From contig CP136572.1 in assembly GCA_035193785.1 (NCBI GenBank), positions 3,860,578 to 3,924,577 on the forward strand: DNA of 64,000 nucleotides. The letters are read 5' to 3'. The notes beneath the pieces are model-generated. The model saw nothing but the letters and a program-made list of their open reading frames with translations, searched no databases and had not been told where the DNA came from. Both the position numbers and the translations under genes were made by a program. The stretch comes from Planktothrix sp. GU0601_MAG3. GTDB lineage: Bacteria; Cyanobacteriota; Cyanobacteriia; Cyanobacteriales; Microcoleaceae. Positions 1 to 10,720 of this stretch are shown here, in pieces (the stretch's first letter is position 1; each line of letters begins with the position of its first letter).

Positions 1-762
1 TTAAAGTCAATTCAAGCGGGTGAAGACAAACACTGGCATTCCTGGCGAGTGGTCACGGGTGCAGAATTTGATACCCCAGATCAAGAAGAATTTGACTTAG
101 ATCCGGCCCCCCGTCATGCGAAAGTGCGGGTTGAAAAAGTCAAAATGGATGACTGGCTAGAATTCCTGGGTTATTACATTTCCGAAGGTTGTGTTCATGT
201 CCGGCGACGGGTACGGGCCGTGGGAGGTGCTGATTATGATGTGGCGGACTATAACATTTTAATTGCCCAAGAAAACCCGGAAGGACGGACAAAAATTGCC
301 GACTGTCTCAAACGTTTACCTTGGAATTTTTTTGATTCCGATCACCATCAATTTCGGATTTGTAGCCAACAATTGGCGGATATTCTCTTACCTTTAGGTA
401 AATCCGGTGATAAGTATATTCCCCGCGAATTTTTGCAATTGTCACGGCGTCAATCCTTAATTCTTTTCAACGCCTTAATTTTAGGAGATGGAAGTCAACG
501 GGGTAATTGTTATACCTACTACAGCAAATCTAAACAATTAGCCGACGATGTACAGGAATTAGCGATGCGCTGTGGATATGCTGCTTCTGTAGTGTCCCAT
601 GCCATCGGACGTGACCTGTATCGTGTGAATATCCGTCCCGCCATTGATGCCAATTTAGTTGAGCCAGAACGGTCTCACTATGTCGGGAAAGTGTATTGTG
701 TGAATGTAAAAAACCATGTCATTTGTGTGCGTCGGAATGGACGGGCTGCCTTTTGTGGTAAC
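1..762 (+). mobile_element. Intein with LAGLIDADG-type homing endonuclease (C-terminal part)
   Basis: LAGLIDADG-like blocks FLGYYISEG and [10 protein letters not shown], block [14 protein letters not shown], and a C-terminal junction AFCGN|C (Asn codon 760-762, +1 Cys 763-765). Confidence 0.9.
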
Positions 763-1272
763 TGTTACGACGAAGGAAAGCGGGTGGCGGAAACCTTAGC
801 CTTTGACTATCACCGTCAAAATGGGGTAGATATTCGGGTGGTGCGGATTTTTAATACCTATGGCCCCCGAATGTTAGAAAATGATGGGCGTGTGGTCAGT
901 AACTTTATTGTCCAAGCCCTGCAAGGAATCCCCTTAACGGTTTATGGAGATGGTTCCCAAACTCGGAGCTTCTGTTATGTGTCAGACTTGGTAGAGGGAT
1001 TCATCCGCTTGATGAATAGCGATCAAATTGGCCCTATCAATATCGGGAATCCGGGGGAATATACTATTTTGGAACTGGCCCAAAAAATTCAGAATATGAT
1101 TAACCCGGATGCGGAAATTCAATTCAAACCCCTACCAGCCGATGATCCTAAACAGCGACAACCCGATATTACCCGTGCTAAAACCTATCTGAATTGGGAA
1201 CCGACCATCCCTCTGGATCAAGGATTAGAATTGACAGTGAAAGATTTTCGGGAACGCATCTACAACAGTTGA
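1..1272 (+). CDS. UDP-glucuronic acid decarboxylase (UXS-like extended SDR), intein-containing, 5'-partial
   Basis: Frame is open from base 1. The C-extein reads [10 protein letters not shown] (YxxxK), [22 protein letters not shown] and [14 protein letters not shown], typical of UXS. It lies directly upstream of ugd. Confidence 0.92.
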   Translation, partial: LKSIQAGEDKHWHSWRVVTGAEFDTPDQEEFDLDPAPRHAKVRVEKVKMDDWLEFLGYYISEGCVHVRRRVRAVGGADYDVADYNILIAQENPEGRTKIADCLKRLPWNFFDSDHHQFRICSQQLADILLPLGKSGDKYIPREFLQLSRRQSLILFNALILGDGSQRGNCYTYYSKSKQLADDVQELAMRCGYAASVVSHAIGRDLYRVNIRPAIDANLVEPERSHYVGKVYCVNVKNHVICVRRNGRAAFCGNCYDEGKRVAETLAFDYHRQNGVDIRVVRIFNTYGPRMLENDGRVVSNFIVQALQGIPLTVYGDGSQTRSFCYVSDLVEGFIRLMNSDQIGPINIGNPGEYTILELAQKIQNMINPDAEIQFKPLPADDPKQRQPDITRAKTYLNWEPTIPLDQGLELTVKDFRERIYNS

Positions 1273-1356
1273 AAAGAATGAAATCCTTGTTAACGATCAA
1301 TCATTGAGCGTTAACAAGATTGTTAATTTTTCGGTCAAAAAATTGAGGATAGATTT

Positions 1357-2726
1357 ATGCGTGTTTGTGTGATTGGGACGGGATATGTGGGTCTAGTAAC
1401 CGGAGTGTGTCTGGCACAGATCGGACATGATGTTATTTGTATTGATAATAACGAGGAAAAGGTCAAATTAATGAAGTCGGGACAGTCCCCGATTTATGAA
1501 ACCCGGACTCCCGGAATTAATGAAATCCTGCATGGAATCTGGACGGCTGGATTTTTCTTCGGATTTGAGTGCGGGTGTGGAACATGGGGAGGTGCTATTT
1601 ATTGCCGTGGGAACTCCACCCTTACCAACGGGAGAAAGTGATACCCGTTATGTGGAAGCCGTTGCCCGGGGAATTGGTTCCAACCTGACCAAAGGTTATA
1701 AAGTGATTGTGAATAAATCCACTGTGCCGATTGGTTCCGGGGACTGGGTGCGGATGATTGTTTTAGATGGTGTTTCCGAGCGACAAAAGGAAAAAGGGTT
1801 AGCAGGAACACCCATTGAAGTTGAATTTGATGTGGTGAGTAACCCGGAATTTTTACGCGAAGGTTCGGCGGTTTATGACACCTTTAATCCCGATCGGATT
1901 GTGTTAGGAAGCAACAACAAAAAAGCCTTAGAAGTTATGCAGGAATTGTATACACCTTTGGTATCGAGAAAACATTCAGATCATCCGTCTTTACCCCCAG
2001 TTCCGATTGTATTAACGGATTTGAGTTCGGCGGAAATGATTAAATATGCCGCTAACTCGTTCCTCGCAACTAAAATTAGCTTTATTAACGAAATTGCTAA
2101 TATTTGCGATCGCGTCGGTGCGGATGTGACCCAGGTGGCTCAAGGAATTGGCTTAGATTCTCGAATTGGCAATAAGTTTTTACAAGCGGGAATTGGTTGG
2201 GGAGGTTCCTGTTTTCCTAAAGATGTTTCGGCTTTAATTCATACGGCCGATGACTATAATTATGACGCCCAATTGTTAAAAGCGGCGGTGGAAGTGAATA
2301 ACCGTCAACGCACTATTGCCATTGACAAATTACAGCAAGTCCTGAAAATTCTCAAAGGTAAAACCGTTGGTTTATTGGGATTAACTTTTAAAGCTGATAC
2401 GGACGATTTACGAGATGCTCCGGCTTTAGATATTATCCAAGAATTGAACCGTTTAGGGGCAAAGGTGAAGGCCTATGATCCGATTATTTCCCAAAGTGGG
2501 ATGCGTCATGGGTTAACGGGGGTAATTGTTGAAACCGATCCTGAATTGTTAGCTGATGGCTGTGATGCCTTAATTTTAATTACCGACTGGGCGCAATTCC
2601 AAAACCTCGACTATGGGAAAATGGCGAAAAAAATGCACTCAGCATTTATGATTGATGGCCGGAATTTCTTAGACCGAAAACAATTAGAAGCCGCCGGGTT
2701 TCCAATATGTCGGTATTGGACATTAA
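1357..2726 (+). CDS. ugd: UDP-glucose 6-dehydrogenase (two apparent +1 frameshifts near 1498 and 2698)
   Basis: Motifs GTGYVG, SNPEFLREG and GWGGSCFPKD. Removing one base at each GAAAC/GTTTC restores PIYEPGL and GFQYVGIGH*, giving 455 aa. Confidence 0.95.
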
Positions 2727-2730
2727 TCCC

Positions 2731-2767
2731 TAGGTTAATCTAGGATTAGGGTGGGCATTGCTCACCC
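2731..2767 (+). repeat. 37-bp direct repeat copy 1 (REP-like palindrome GGGTGGGCATTGCTCACCC)
   Basis: Matches 5454-5490 with 3 mismatches. Confidence 0.8.
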
Positions 2768-3786
2768 TACATAATCTCTTAAAATCATATTAATTTGTTT
2801 CTGAACTTGATCTAATTTTCGACGTTGTTGATCAATCCAATCTTTTTCGGCTTCCTGTTGTTCGCTAGTTTCTTGTTCATATCGGTTTTGTTTCTCTAAA
2901 ACATCATTGTAGAAATTAATCATTTCTGTTGTAGTAGTCAAGGCAAAATCAAAGCATTCAGAAAATCTATCTTGAAGATTGTCTTCTAGGATTTTATTAA
3001 CATTAAGAACCAAGTCATCCCAGGTTTCTCTTCTGATTAGAGAAAAAATGTTGTTTGAGTTGTTTAAGAATGAGTCCCAAGTTGGTTTTATCCACTCTTG
3101 CATAAGATTACTAATTTGACCTTTTATGTTAATTAAATAGTTTTTTTCATAAAAAAATAAACTAGGATTAATTGAAATATTTACTCCCTTTTTTAAAGCA
3201 AGTAAATTAATTATATTTTGAATATAATCAAATCTTAAATCAGATATAATTTCAATTAAAAACTCTAAATTAGTATTGATTAGGCTGATTATCTCATTAT
3301 TGATAACTTTTATTGCCTTATCTAACCCTTGAATCATACCATCTTTATCTGAATAACCCAAGTCTTTCTTATATGTTCCTGTTTTACTATCTTTAAACCA
3401 CGTTTCTTTAAGCTGTTCACATTGATTTAACCATGAATTTTTAATTTCTTGAATCACTTCCGTCTGACATTTTTTCTGTAACTCACGAATTCTAAAATCA
3501 ATCGCTGCTAGTTTTCCTATTTCTTCCCAGATTTCAGACTTAGGGACAGACATGATTCTAGGTTTACTATTCCAGACATCCTCAGCATGATCTAAATCTT
3601 TATAACTAACTTCCATTAACTCTTTTAATCTGGCTGCGGACTGTCTTAACTCCTCAGTATACAGGATTGAATTGACTGATTTAACTCCGTTGCGGACTGT
3701 TTTAACTCGGAAGATTCACCCGGATTGTTCAGTACAGAAACCATGGAATCAGTCATGGACTCGAAGACAGTTAAAAATTCATTCAT
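2762..3786 (-). CDS. Hypothetical helical protein; the C-terminus resembles the tail of cyanobacterial dynamin-like proteins; possible frameshift near 3680
   Basis: ORF 2762-3616 plus an upstream ATG-initiated segment (MNEFLTVFES...) in another frame. The tail reads RYEQETSEQQEAEKDWIDQQR. No GTPase motifs are visible. Confidence 0.55.
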
Positions 3787-4043
3787 TGCACTACAACCTC
3801 AATTAAGCATACAGTTCTACTTTACAGGATTAGAGGAACAATAAATAAGTCAGTAACAATTTATAAATTATTTATCCGTGTTTATACGGTTTAATAAAAT
3901 CAATTAAAATCAAAATAAATTTATTTTCCGTAAAAATACTTAAATCAGGAAAACAAAAAATTAATTGATCAAAATTTTAGCAATGTTTGTTAATTTTTAG
4001 AGAATTATAAGTTTATAATAATTAAAGAATTAGGTTAAAAATT

Positions 4044-5342
4044 ATGTCTGTTTTCGCTCCTAGTATGCAATTTGTATTTTCCCCCGCAATTCAAGAAGGT
4101 TTAGCCAAGGGTGTCTATGAGTTAGTTTCTTCCAACTCAGGAGTACCTTTAAGCATGGTTAGATGGGCGAAAGGAACAGCAAATGCGGGTCAGTTTGCAG
4201 GTCATGCTATGGGTACAATCATGAATAATAGTCCCCTTGCGCCGATTACCGCACCCGTGGAAGTGGGTATGGGTTTAGTTCAAATGTATCAGGTTCATCA
4301 AGGATTTCAGAAAACCTATCAAGGGATTAACCAATTACAAGCGAGTCTGGGAGTTCTACAATCAACGACTGCGGTTATTGGTGTCGGTGTAGCGGTAACA
4401 GGTGTTCTTTCGGCTGTAAATTTATATCAAACTTTAAAGTTAAGAGAAGATATCAAACAACTTAAATTAACCGTAACGGGAGGATTTATTGATCTAAAAT
4501 CAGCTTTAAAAGATCAGGGACAAAGCATTATTAGACGGATTGATCAAGTCGCAGAAGATATTAAATATAATCAACATCGGTTAATTTTAATACAAGCTTA
4601 TGGCAAATTCATTATAGCCTTAGATCGGTTTAAATTAGCGATGAAAATGGAAGAATTAAATGACAGAAATAATCAAATTCAAGGAGTTTTAAATACTCTC
4701 TATGATGCTTTATCCGATTACTCTAACTCCCATCTATTAGACAATACTTGTGCTGCGGGTCAACTGCGTCGGATGGAATGCGCTTGGGCGATTGAACAAG
4801 CCATTATTACTGCTTATCAAGCTCAAAATCAATTAACGGCCGTTAATGAACACCTCGAACAACTGCAAAATAAAATTCATCAAGGGTTACTGAATATTAT
4901 TGATCAATGTAGTTCCCAAGAAGAACTTGATTTTCTCTTTCCTGAAATAGCCCGAATTAAAATACATGATTGTACAGCGTTAAAATCTTGGCAAGATCAT
5001 ACTAATTGGTTTAAAACCTTATCTAATGATGAACGGGAACAGTTAGCAATGTTAGAACCTGGAACATCAGAAGCGGTTAATTTAGAATTACCACAAAATG
5101 ACATAACAGTTAAACCTTTAGAAATGCAAATCTATGAAGAATTAAAACAAAAATCCCACTATTCGGCTTTACGAGATCAATTAAAATTTATCGTTAAACC
5201 TGAATTACGCCGGGAGCATGAATCTTATATTTTTAATAAAGCGATCGCTACAGGTTTAAACGGATTAGCCCCTAAAAATTGGCAAGAAGTACCCGATTTA
5301 ACCGTAGCTAATCTTTATCATTATTTTCAAGTTCAATCTTAA
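4044..5342 (+). CDS. Hypothetical protein with Gly-rich hydrophobic N-terminal segments and a helical body
   Basis: 432-aa ORF with hydrophobic stretch TTAVIGVGVAVTGVLSAVNLY. Confidence 0.75.
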   Translation: MSVFAPSMQFVFSPAIQEGLAKGVYELVSSNSGVPLSMVRWAKGTANAGQFAGHAMGTIMNNSPLAPITAPVEVGMGLVQMYQVHQGFQKTYQGINQLQASLGVLQSTTAVIGVGVAVTGVLSAVNLYQTLKLREDIKQLKLTVTGGFIDLKSALKDQGQSIIRRIDQVAEDIKYNQHRLILIQAYGKFIIALDRFKLAMKMEELNDRNNQIQGVLNTLYDALSDYSNSHLLDNTCAAGQLRRMECAWAIEQAIITAYQAQNQLTAVNEHLEQLQNKIHQGLLNIIDQCSSQEELDFLFPEIARIKIHDCTALKSWQDHTNWFKTLSNDEREQLAMLEPGTSEAVNLELPQNDITVKPLEMQIYEELKQKSHYSALRDQLKFIVKPELRREHESYIFNKAIATGLNGLAPKNWQEVPDLTVANLYHYFQVQS

Positions 5343-5453
5343 AATGTGTAGGAAGATTGAAAAAAACCAGAAAAAATGACTTAAAGTTCCTCAAAAAGAT
5401 TTCAATTAAATTTAGCTTGGGTGAGTAGGTAGGTATAGCACTACGCGCATCCG

Positions 5454-5490
5454 TAGGGTAATGTAGGATTAGGGTGGGCATAGCTCACCC
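5454..5490 (+). repeat. 37-bp direct repeat copy 2
   Basis: Matches 2731-2767. Confidence 0.8.
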
Positions 5491-5627
5491 AAGTTCCTTG
5501 TAGTGAGGCGTTCACGCCTCGGAGTCCTAAAGGACTCACTACACCTGTAAGCTGCATTGCTCACCCAAGTTCCTTGTAGTGAGGCGTTTCACGCCTCGGA
5601 GTCCTAAAGGACTCACTACACCTGTAA
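5483..5627 (+). repeat. Tandem duplication (2 x about 68 bp) of a GTAG-type REP doublet
   Basis: Unit GCTCACCCAAGTTCCTTGTAGTGAGGCGTTCACGCCTCGGAGTCCTAAAGGACTCACTACACCTGTAA occurs twice. Copy 2 differs by GTTC>GTTTC. Confidence 0.9.
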
Positions 5628-5651
5628 ACTGTTGAATTAAATCAAACCATC

Positions 5652-6014
5652 ATGGAGCAAAATTCACTACCAACGGAATTGATTTTAATATATTCCCATC
5701 AATCCCTTGGACGCATTTGTTTAGATTGGACACCCCAACCGGGTCATTATCTAAATTTTCAGGGTCAAACCTATACTGTTTTAGAGCGTCGCCATCGCTA
5801 TCAACTCAAATCCGGTCGTTACCGACTACATAAAATTTCCTTGTATGTGCAATCGGTACAACGACCTGAAGATAGAACCTTAATCAATGGACATTGGATT
5901 CTAGGAGATGCAAACTGTCGTTTTAATGCCCATTCTGAACTGATACGCTGTGCGGTGAATCCCCTTGGCCCCTGTCAAGAATGTCATTTTTTTGAGCCTA
6001 TTCAAGCTGATTAA
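5652..6014 (+). CDS. DUF6464-like cyanobacterial protein
   Basis: C-terminal motif LGDANCRFNAHSELIRCAVNPLGPCQECHFFE. Confidence 0.75.
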   Translation: MEQNSLPTELILIYSHQSLGRICLDWTPQPGHYLNFQGQTYTVLERRHRYQLKSGRYRLHKISLYVQSVQRPEDRTLINGHWILGDANCRFNAHSELIRCAVNPLGPCQECHFFEPIQAD

Positions 6015-6026
6015 GGATTGAATTCC

Positions 6027-7989
6027 TTAAATCATTTCCGCCCGATATTCTTCAGCCGAAACCAGACGCCATTTTTGATCTCCCATGAGTTCTAAAACGT
6101 TGTTATGGTAGCGCAATAAACTGATTCGATGCCCAACACTAATATAAGTTGTTCCGGTTTCATGTAGTTTTTTATAAAGTAGTTCTTCATTTTTTAAATC
6201 TAAGGCGCTGGTGGCTTCATCTAAAATCGCGTAGCGGGGTTTACTAATTAATAATCGCGCAAAAGCTAACCGTTGTTGTTCTCCCACCGAAAGAACATTA
6301 GCCCAATCTAATTCGGTATCAAAACCGCTAACTCGTTCTGGTAAATCGGCTAAATTCACTAACTGCAATATTTGATGTAATTCCGTTTCACTTACCTCTT
6401 TATTACTATTAGGATAGAGTAATTGTTGACGCAGGGTTCCCAAAATCATATAGGGACGTTGGGGTAGGAATAACATTGATGAGAGTTTCAGGACGAACTA
6501 ACCGCCCAGTCCCTGAGTTCCATAACCCGGCAATTGTGCGCAATAAAGAACTTTTTCCGACTCCACTTTGACCCATAATTAATAATCCTTGACCTTCGGG
6601 TAGGCTCAGGGATAGGTCTTTAACCAGAATTTGTTGATAGTTAGGTGTGTTGACGGTAACGTGTTCTAAAGCGAGGGAATAATCAACCTTCATATCAATT
6701 TGTGTCCGACCTTCCTCCATGGACTTAGGAGAGTCTAAAAATTCCGAGAAGGTTGATAAACGATTAATTCCGGCGGCAAAAGCACTTAATGCTTCAATCT
6801 GACTTACTACAATTGAAAAAGCCCCTAAAACTTGACCAAAGGCAAAACCAGCTTGGGAAATATCCCCATATTTAATCGTTTCAGCAAAATAGATAGGAGC
6901 TAAGATCAGCGAAGGAAGAACAATCACAGCATATTCATAACTTGTGGTAAAATAATTAACATTTCTCTGCCAACCAATTAATAAATTAAAGTTTTTAAAG
7001 GCTTTGAAAAATCGTTCTTTGACTTCGATTAGTTCCTGTTCTTCCCCTTGATAAAAAGCAATGGATTCAGCATTGTCTCGGACATGAACTAATCCGTAAC
7101 GAAAATCCGCTTCTCGTCTTAATTGATTAAAGTTTAGGGGAATTAATCGCCGTCCAATAAAAACCGTAATTATCGTACCAATAGAAGCATAAATCAAGAG
7201 AAATATGGAAAGAGATTTAGAAATAGACCAGAGGATTCCGGTAAAAGAAATTACATCAATAATTGAACTTAGAATAATTAGTAAAAATCTTAAACTGGTA
7301 ATTGTAAATGCCTTAATATCCTCTGTAATTCGTTGATCTGGGTTATCAAGTTGATTTTCCGATTCTATTTTATAAAATGCTCGCTGACTTAAATATTGGT
7401 CTAAAAATTTATCCGTTAACCATTTCCGCCAATAGTTTCCCAAGCGATCGCGGGTATAAGAATAGATGACAACAATGGGAGTTCCCACGATAAACACACT
7501 GGCATAAACATAGAGAAAACGCCAAAAATCATCCTGATTTCTTTCGGCTAAAGCCGTTGTAAAAAAGTTATTAACATAACTAAGAATTACATTTAAGCCA
7601 CTGACAGATAGGGATAGAAATAAAAGCACACTTAAAAATACCCAGGGTTGCCAACGGGTTTTAATTTGGTTTCTGTACACTAAAAATGTTCCGATGGGAA
7701 CGACAAGCATTAAGAGAATGACAACAATATAGCGAGAATAAATAATCCCGGCGATTAATTCATACAAACCCGGAGCAATGCTATTAAAAAACTCGGGGAA
7801 AACCAATTGACTGACAACAGCAACGGTACTCACTAAAACAAATACCGTAGCAGCCAGAAAGATTAACAACAATAATAATAAACTCAAAAAAACCTTGCTA
7901 CTTCCAGGTTCTAAAGGATAAAAGAAGGGTTGGGCAATTCTTAAAAAACGTTGCCAAAGTTTAGTATCAAATTTATTCATATTTTCCAT
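6027..7989 (-). CDS. ABC transporter permease/ATPase fusion, ABCD/YddA/BacA-like (apparent frameshift near 6487)
   Basis: DNPDQRI, EADFRYGL..NAESIAFYQGE (EAA-like), Walker A GQSGVGKS, LSVGEQQR and ILDEATSALD. Confidence 0.92.
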
Positions 7990-8276
7990 TGTTTTTAGCA
8001 CAGGTACTCTATCCTATGAAAGTTCTGTATTTTCTAACTAATCTTCACGGGCTAACTCTCTGAAAAAGGCTACATTTTATGGCAATTATTTCAACTATCG
8101 ACAAAATTGGCACAGCAGAGTGAGGAGATTAACCGTCATTGACGAGAGAAATCTAGCCTGAACAACTGTAACACATTTGGTTCAACTCTTAGTAGGCAAA
8201 CCGAAAAAATTTTAACCGTAAAACTCAATTCGACTGCACTCAAGGATACAATAGTTCGGGGTCTAACAAGAATACG

Positions 8277-8597
8277 ATGTCTCAAACCTATACAGTTGAA
8301 TTTCACGATCAAGTAAACGTCCAAACAGTAGAAGTTCCAGAGGATAAACACATCCTCCAAGCTGCCTTGGATGCTGGAATTAAGTTACCCAACTCTTGCA
8401 ATGCGGGGGTTTGTACCACCTGTGCAGCCAAAATCATAGAAGGTAAAGTTGATCAAACCGAGGGCATGGGATTAAGTCTTGACCTTCAAGCTGAAGGTTA
8501 TGTCCTTCTCTGTATTGCCTATCCCCGTTCTAATTTGAAACTGGTTGCTGGAAAAGAAGACGAAGTTTATGATCGTCAATTTGGTCAGAAATCTTAG
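8277..8597 (+). CDS. Plant-type 2Fe-2S ferredoxin (minor paralog with C-terminal extension)
   Basis: CNAGVCTTC...LLC cluster motif and EDEVYDRQFG tail. Confidence 0.92.
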   Translation: MSQTYTVEFHDQVNVQTVEVPEDKHILQAALDAGIKLPNSCNAGVCTTCAAKIIEGKVDQTEGMGLSLDLQAEGYVLLCIAYPRSNLKLVAGKEDEVYDRQFGQKS

Positions 8598-8681
8598 TTA
8601 GAAGTAGTGCGAGCGTCCTCCCTCACTGGCTAACAATATTTGAATATTGACAATAAAAAACATCGAGGATTAAATAAAACC

Positions 8682-8885
8682 ATGACCACCCATTTTATTA
8701 CGGCTGAAATTGATATTCGGGAATCTCCCACTCAGTTAAATCAAGCCATTGAAGCGGAATTAAAAAAACGGGGGGAACCCCTACGCTGGGCAATTACCAG
8801 TATTGATTCTGAACAACAAAAAGCCCAAGTTGAAGCCGTTGTAACGGTTCAGAAAACCTCTGATGCTTTGATGGCTAATAGTTAA
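8682..8885 (+). CDS. Small hypothetical protein
   Basis: MTTHFITAEID...GEPLRWAIT; co-oriented between the ferredoxin and DUF3326 genes. Confidence 0.7.
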   Translation: MTTHFITAEIDIRESPTQLNQAIEAELKKRGEPLRWAITSIDSEQQKAQVEAVVTVQKTSDALMANS

Positions 8886-8915
8886 CTTTTTTCAGTTCGT
8901 CCCCCCTAATCTTTT

Positions 8916-9969
8916 ATGCCTCGGCCCTATACGGTTATTTTAATTATCCCAACGGGAATTGGTGCGGCCATTGGGGGATATGCGGGGGATGGTCTACCCG
9001 TGGCCCGGGCGATCGCTCAGGTCGCCGATACCCTGATCACCCATCCCAACGTTCTCAATGGCGCCCAACTGTATTGGCCGATGTCCAATACCCTCTATGT
9101 GGAAGGGTTTGCCCTCGATCAATTGGCGGCTGGAAATTGGGGACTGCAACCTGTCCACCGTAACCGCGTTGGGTTGCTCTTGGATCAAGCCATTGAGCCG
9201 GAATTGCGCCTGCGACATTTACAAGTGGCGGACGCAGCTAGGGCCACCCTGGGCCTAACTTTAACCGACTATGTGGTCACGGATGCCCCTCTGAACGTGG
9301 AATTGAGAACCTCCGAGTCGGGGGCTTCCTGGGGAACTATTGGCAACCCAGACAGCCTGCTACGGGCCGCAGAACGCTTAATTAAGGATGCCAAAGCCGA
9401 GGCGATCGCCGTGGTTGCTCGTTTTCCCGAACCTGAGAATAGTAGTGTTTTAGCAGCCTATCGTCACGGACAGGGAGTTGATCCCTTAGCGGGGGCCGAA
9501 GCGGTGATCAGCCATTTAATTGTCCGTCAGTTTCAAATTCCGGCAGCCCATGCCCCAGCCCTTTCACCTCTGGCCATTGACCCGGAATTATCCCCCCGGT
9601 CGGCGGCGGAGGAATTGGGCTATACCTTCCTACCCTGTGTATTAGTGGGGTTGAGTCGCGCCCCCCAGTTCGTCACAACTGCCACTTCTGGGACAATTTG
9701 GGCTGATCAAGTGGATGCTATTGTGGTTTCCAGCCACGGCCTGTGGGGGGTCTGCTATCCTCAGTTTTCGCCAAACTCCGACTCAAATTATTACCGTCGG
9801 GGAAAATCACACCCGAATGCAAGTTACCCCAGAACTGTTAGGAATTAAAGCAATACAGGTAAACTCTTATTTAGAGGCTTTAGGGGTTTTAGTGGCGCAT
9901 AAAGCCGGAGTTGATCCTAATTCCCTGCGTCCGAATATATTGTCCCTAAGCGAACTGAAATACTATTAA
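8916..9969 (+). CDS. DUF3326 family protein (apparent frameshift near 9728)
   Basis: IPTGIGAAIGGYAGD and THPNVLNGA motifs. The repair restores IVVPATACGG. Confidence 0.85.
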
Positions 9970-9981
9970 TCTTTAACCAGC

Positions 9982-10578
9982 GTGGTAGAAAAACAAACAC
10001 CCAACAATTTTGAACTCGAACCTTTAACCCGGACTCAAGTTTTGATAGCCATGGGGGGAACGGCTATTATATTATTAGCGATCGCTAAAGCTTGGTTATA
10101 TTTGAGTCATGTTACCCTTTTACCCCTTAACTTAACCTGGGTGAGTTTAGGATTGGGTTTATGTGTAGGATTAATTATTACAGTTGCTAGTTTTGTCATG
10201 TATAGAATCTGGCCTGCCTATAGTCGCAGTGCCGATATTTATTTAAAATTAGTCTTAACTCCTTTATTATGGCCGGATTTAATTTGGTTAGGCCTATTAC
10301 CCGGACTGAGTGAGGAATTATTATTTCGAGGGGTAATGTTATCGGATTTGGGATTAGGAACTCTGGCGTTAGTGGTTTCTAGTATTGCTTTTGGGGTGCT
10401 ACATTTTAGCGGTTCTCAACAATGGCCCTATGTGATTTGGGCAATTGTCGTCGGGTTTGTTTTAGGCTATAGTGCGATCGCCACAGGTAATTTATTAGTT
10501 CCGATTATTGGTCATATTTTTACTAATTTTATGTCTGGTTGTTTGTGGAAATTAAACTATATTGGGGCTAAATTGTAA
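9982..10578 (+). CDS. CPBP/Abi family intramembrane glutamic endopeptidase
   Basis: EELLFRG, FGVLH and HxxxN motifs with multiple TM segments. Confidence 0.9.
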   Translation: MVEKQTPNNFELEPLTRTQVLIAMGGTAIILLAIAKAWLYLSHVTLLPLNLTWVSLGLGLCVGLIITVASFVMYRIWPAYSRSADIYLKLVLTPLLWPDLIWLGLLPGLSEELLFRGVMLSDLGLGTLALVVSSIAFGVLHFSGSQQWPYVIWAIVVGFVLGYSAIATGNLLVPIIGHIFTNFMSGCLWKLNYIGAKL

Positions 10579-10684
10579 TGGGTAATGGGTAAGAGGTAAT
10601 GGGTAATGGGTAAGAGGGAAGAGGTAATGGGTAATGGGTAATGGGTAATGGGTAATGGGTAAGGGGTTTTGGGTAATGGGTAAT
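10576..10684. repeat. STRR-type heptamer array (TAATGGG)n
   Basis: Tandem TAATGGG/TAAGAGG units between convergent genes. Confidence 0.95.
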
Positions 10685-10720
10685 AGTAAGTCAAATCAAC
10701 TTACTGCATGGCAGCTATTA

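Noticed and set aside
5483..5627. Possible CRISPR array
   Set aside because: There are only two near-identical long palindromic units, no unique spacers and no cas genes.
10576..10684. Possible CRISPR or telomere-like array
   Set aside because: It is an ordinary cyanobacterial STRR heptamer repeat with no spacers.
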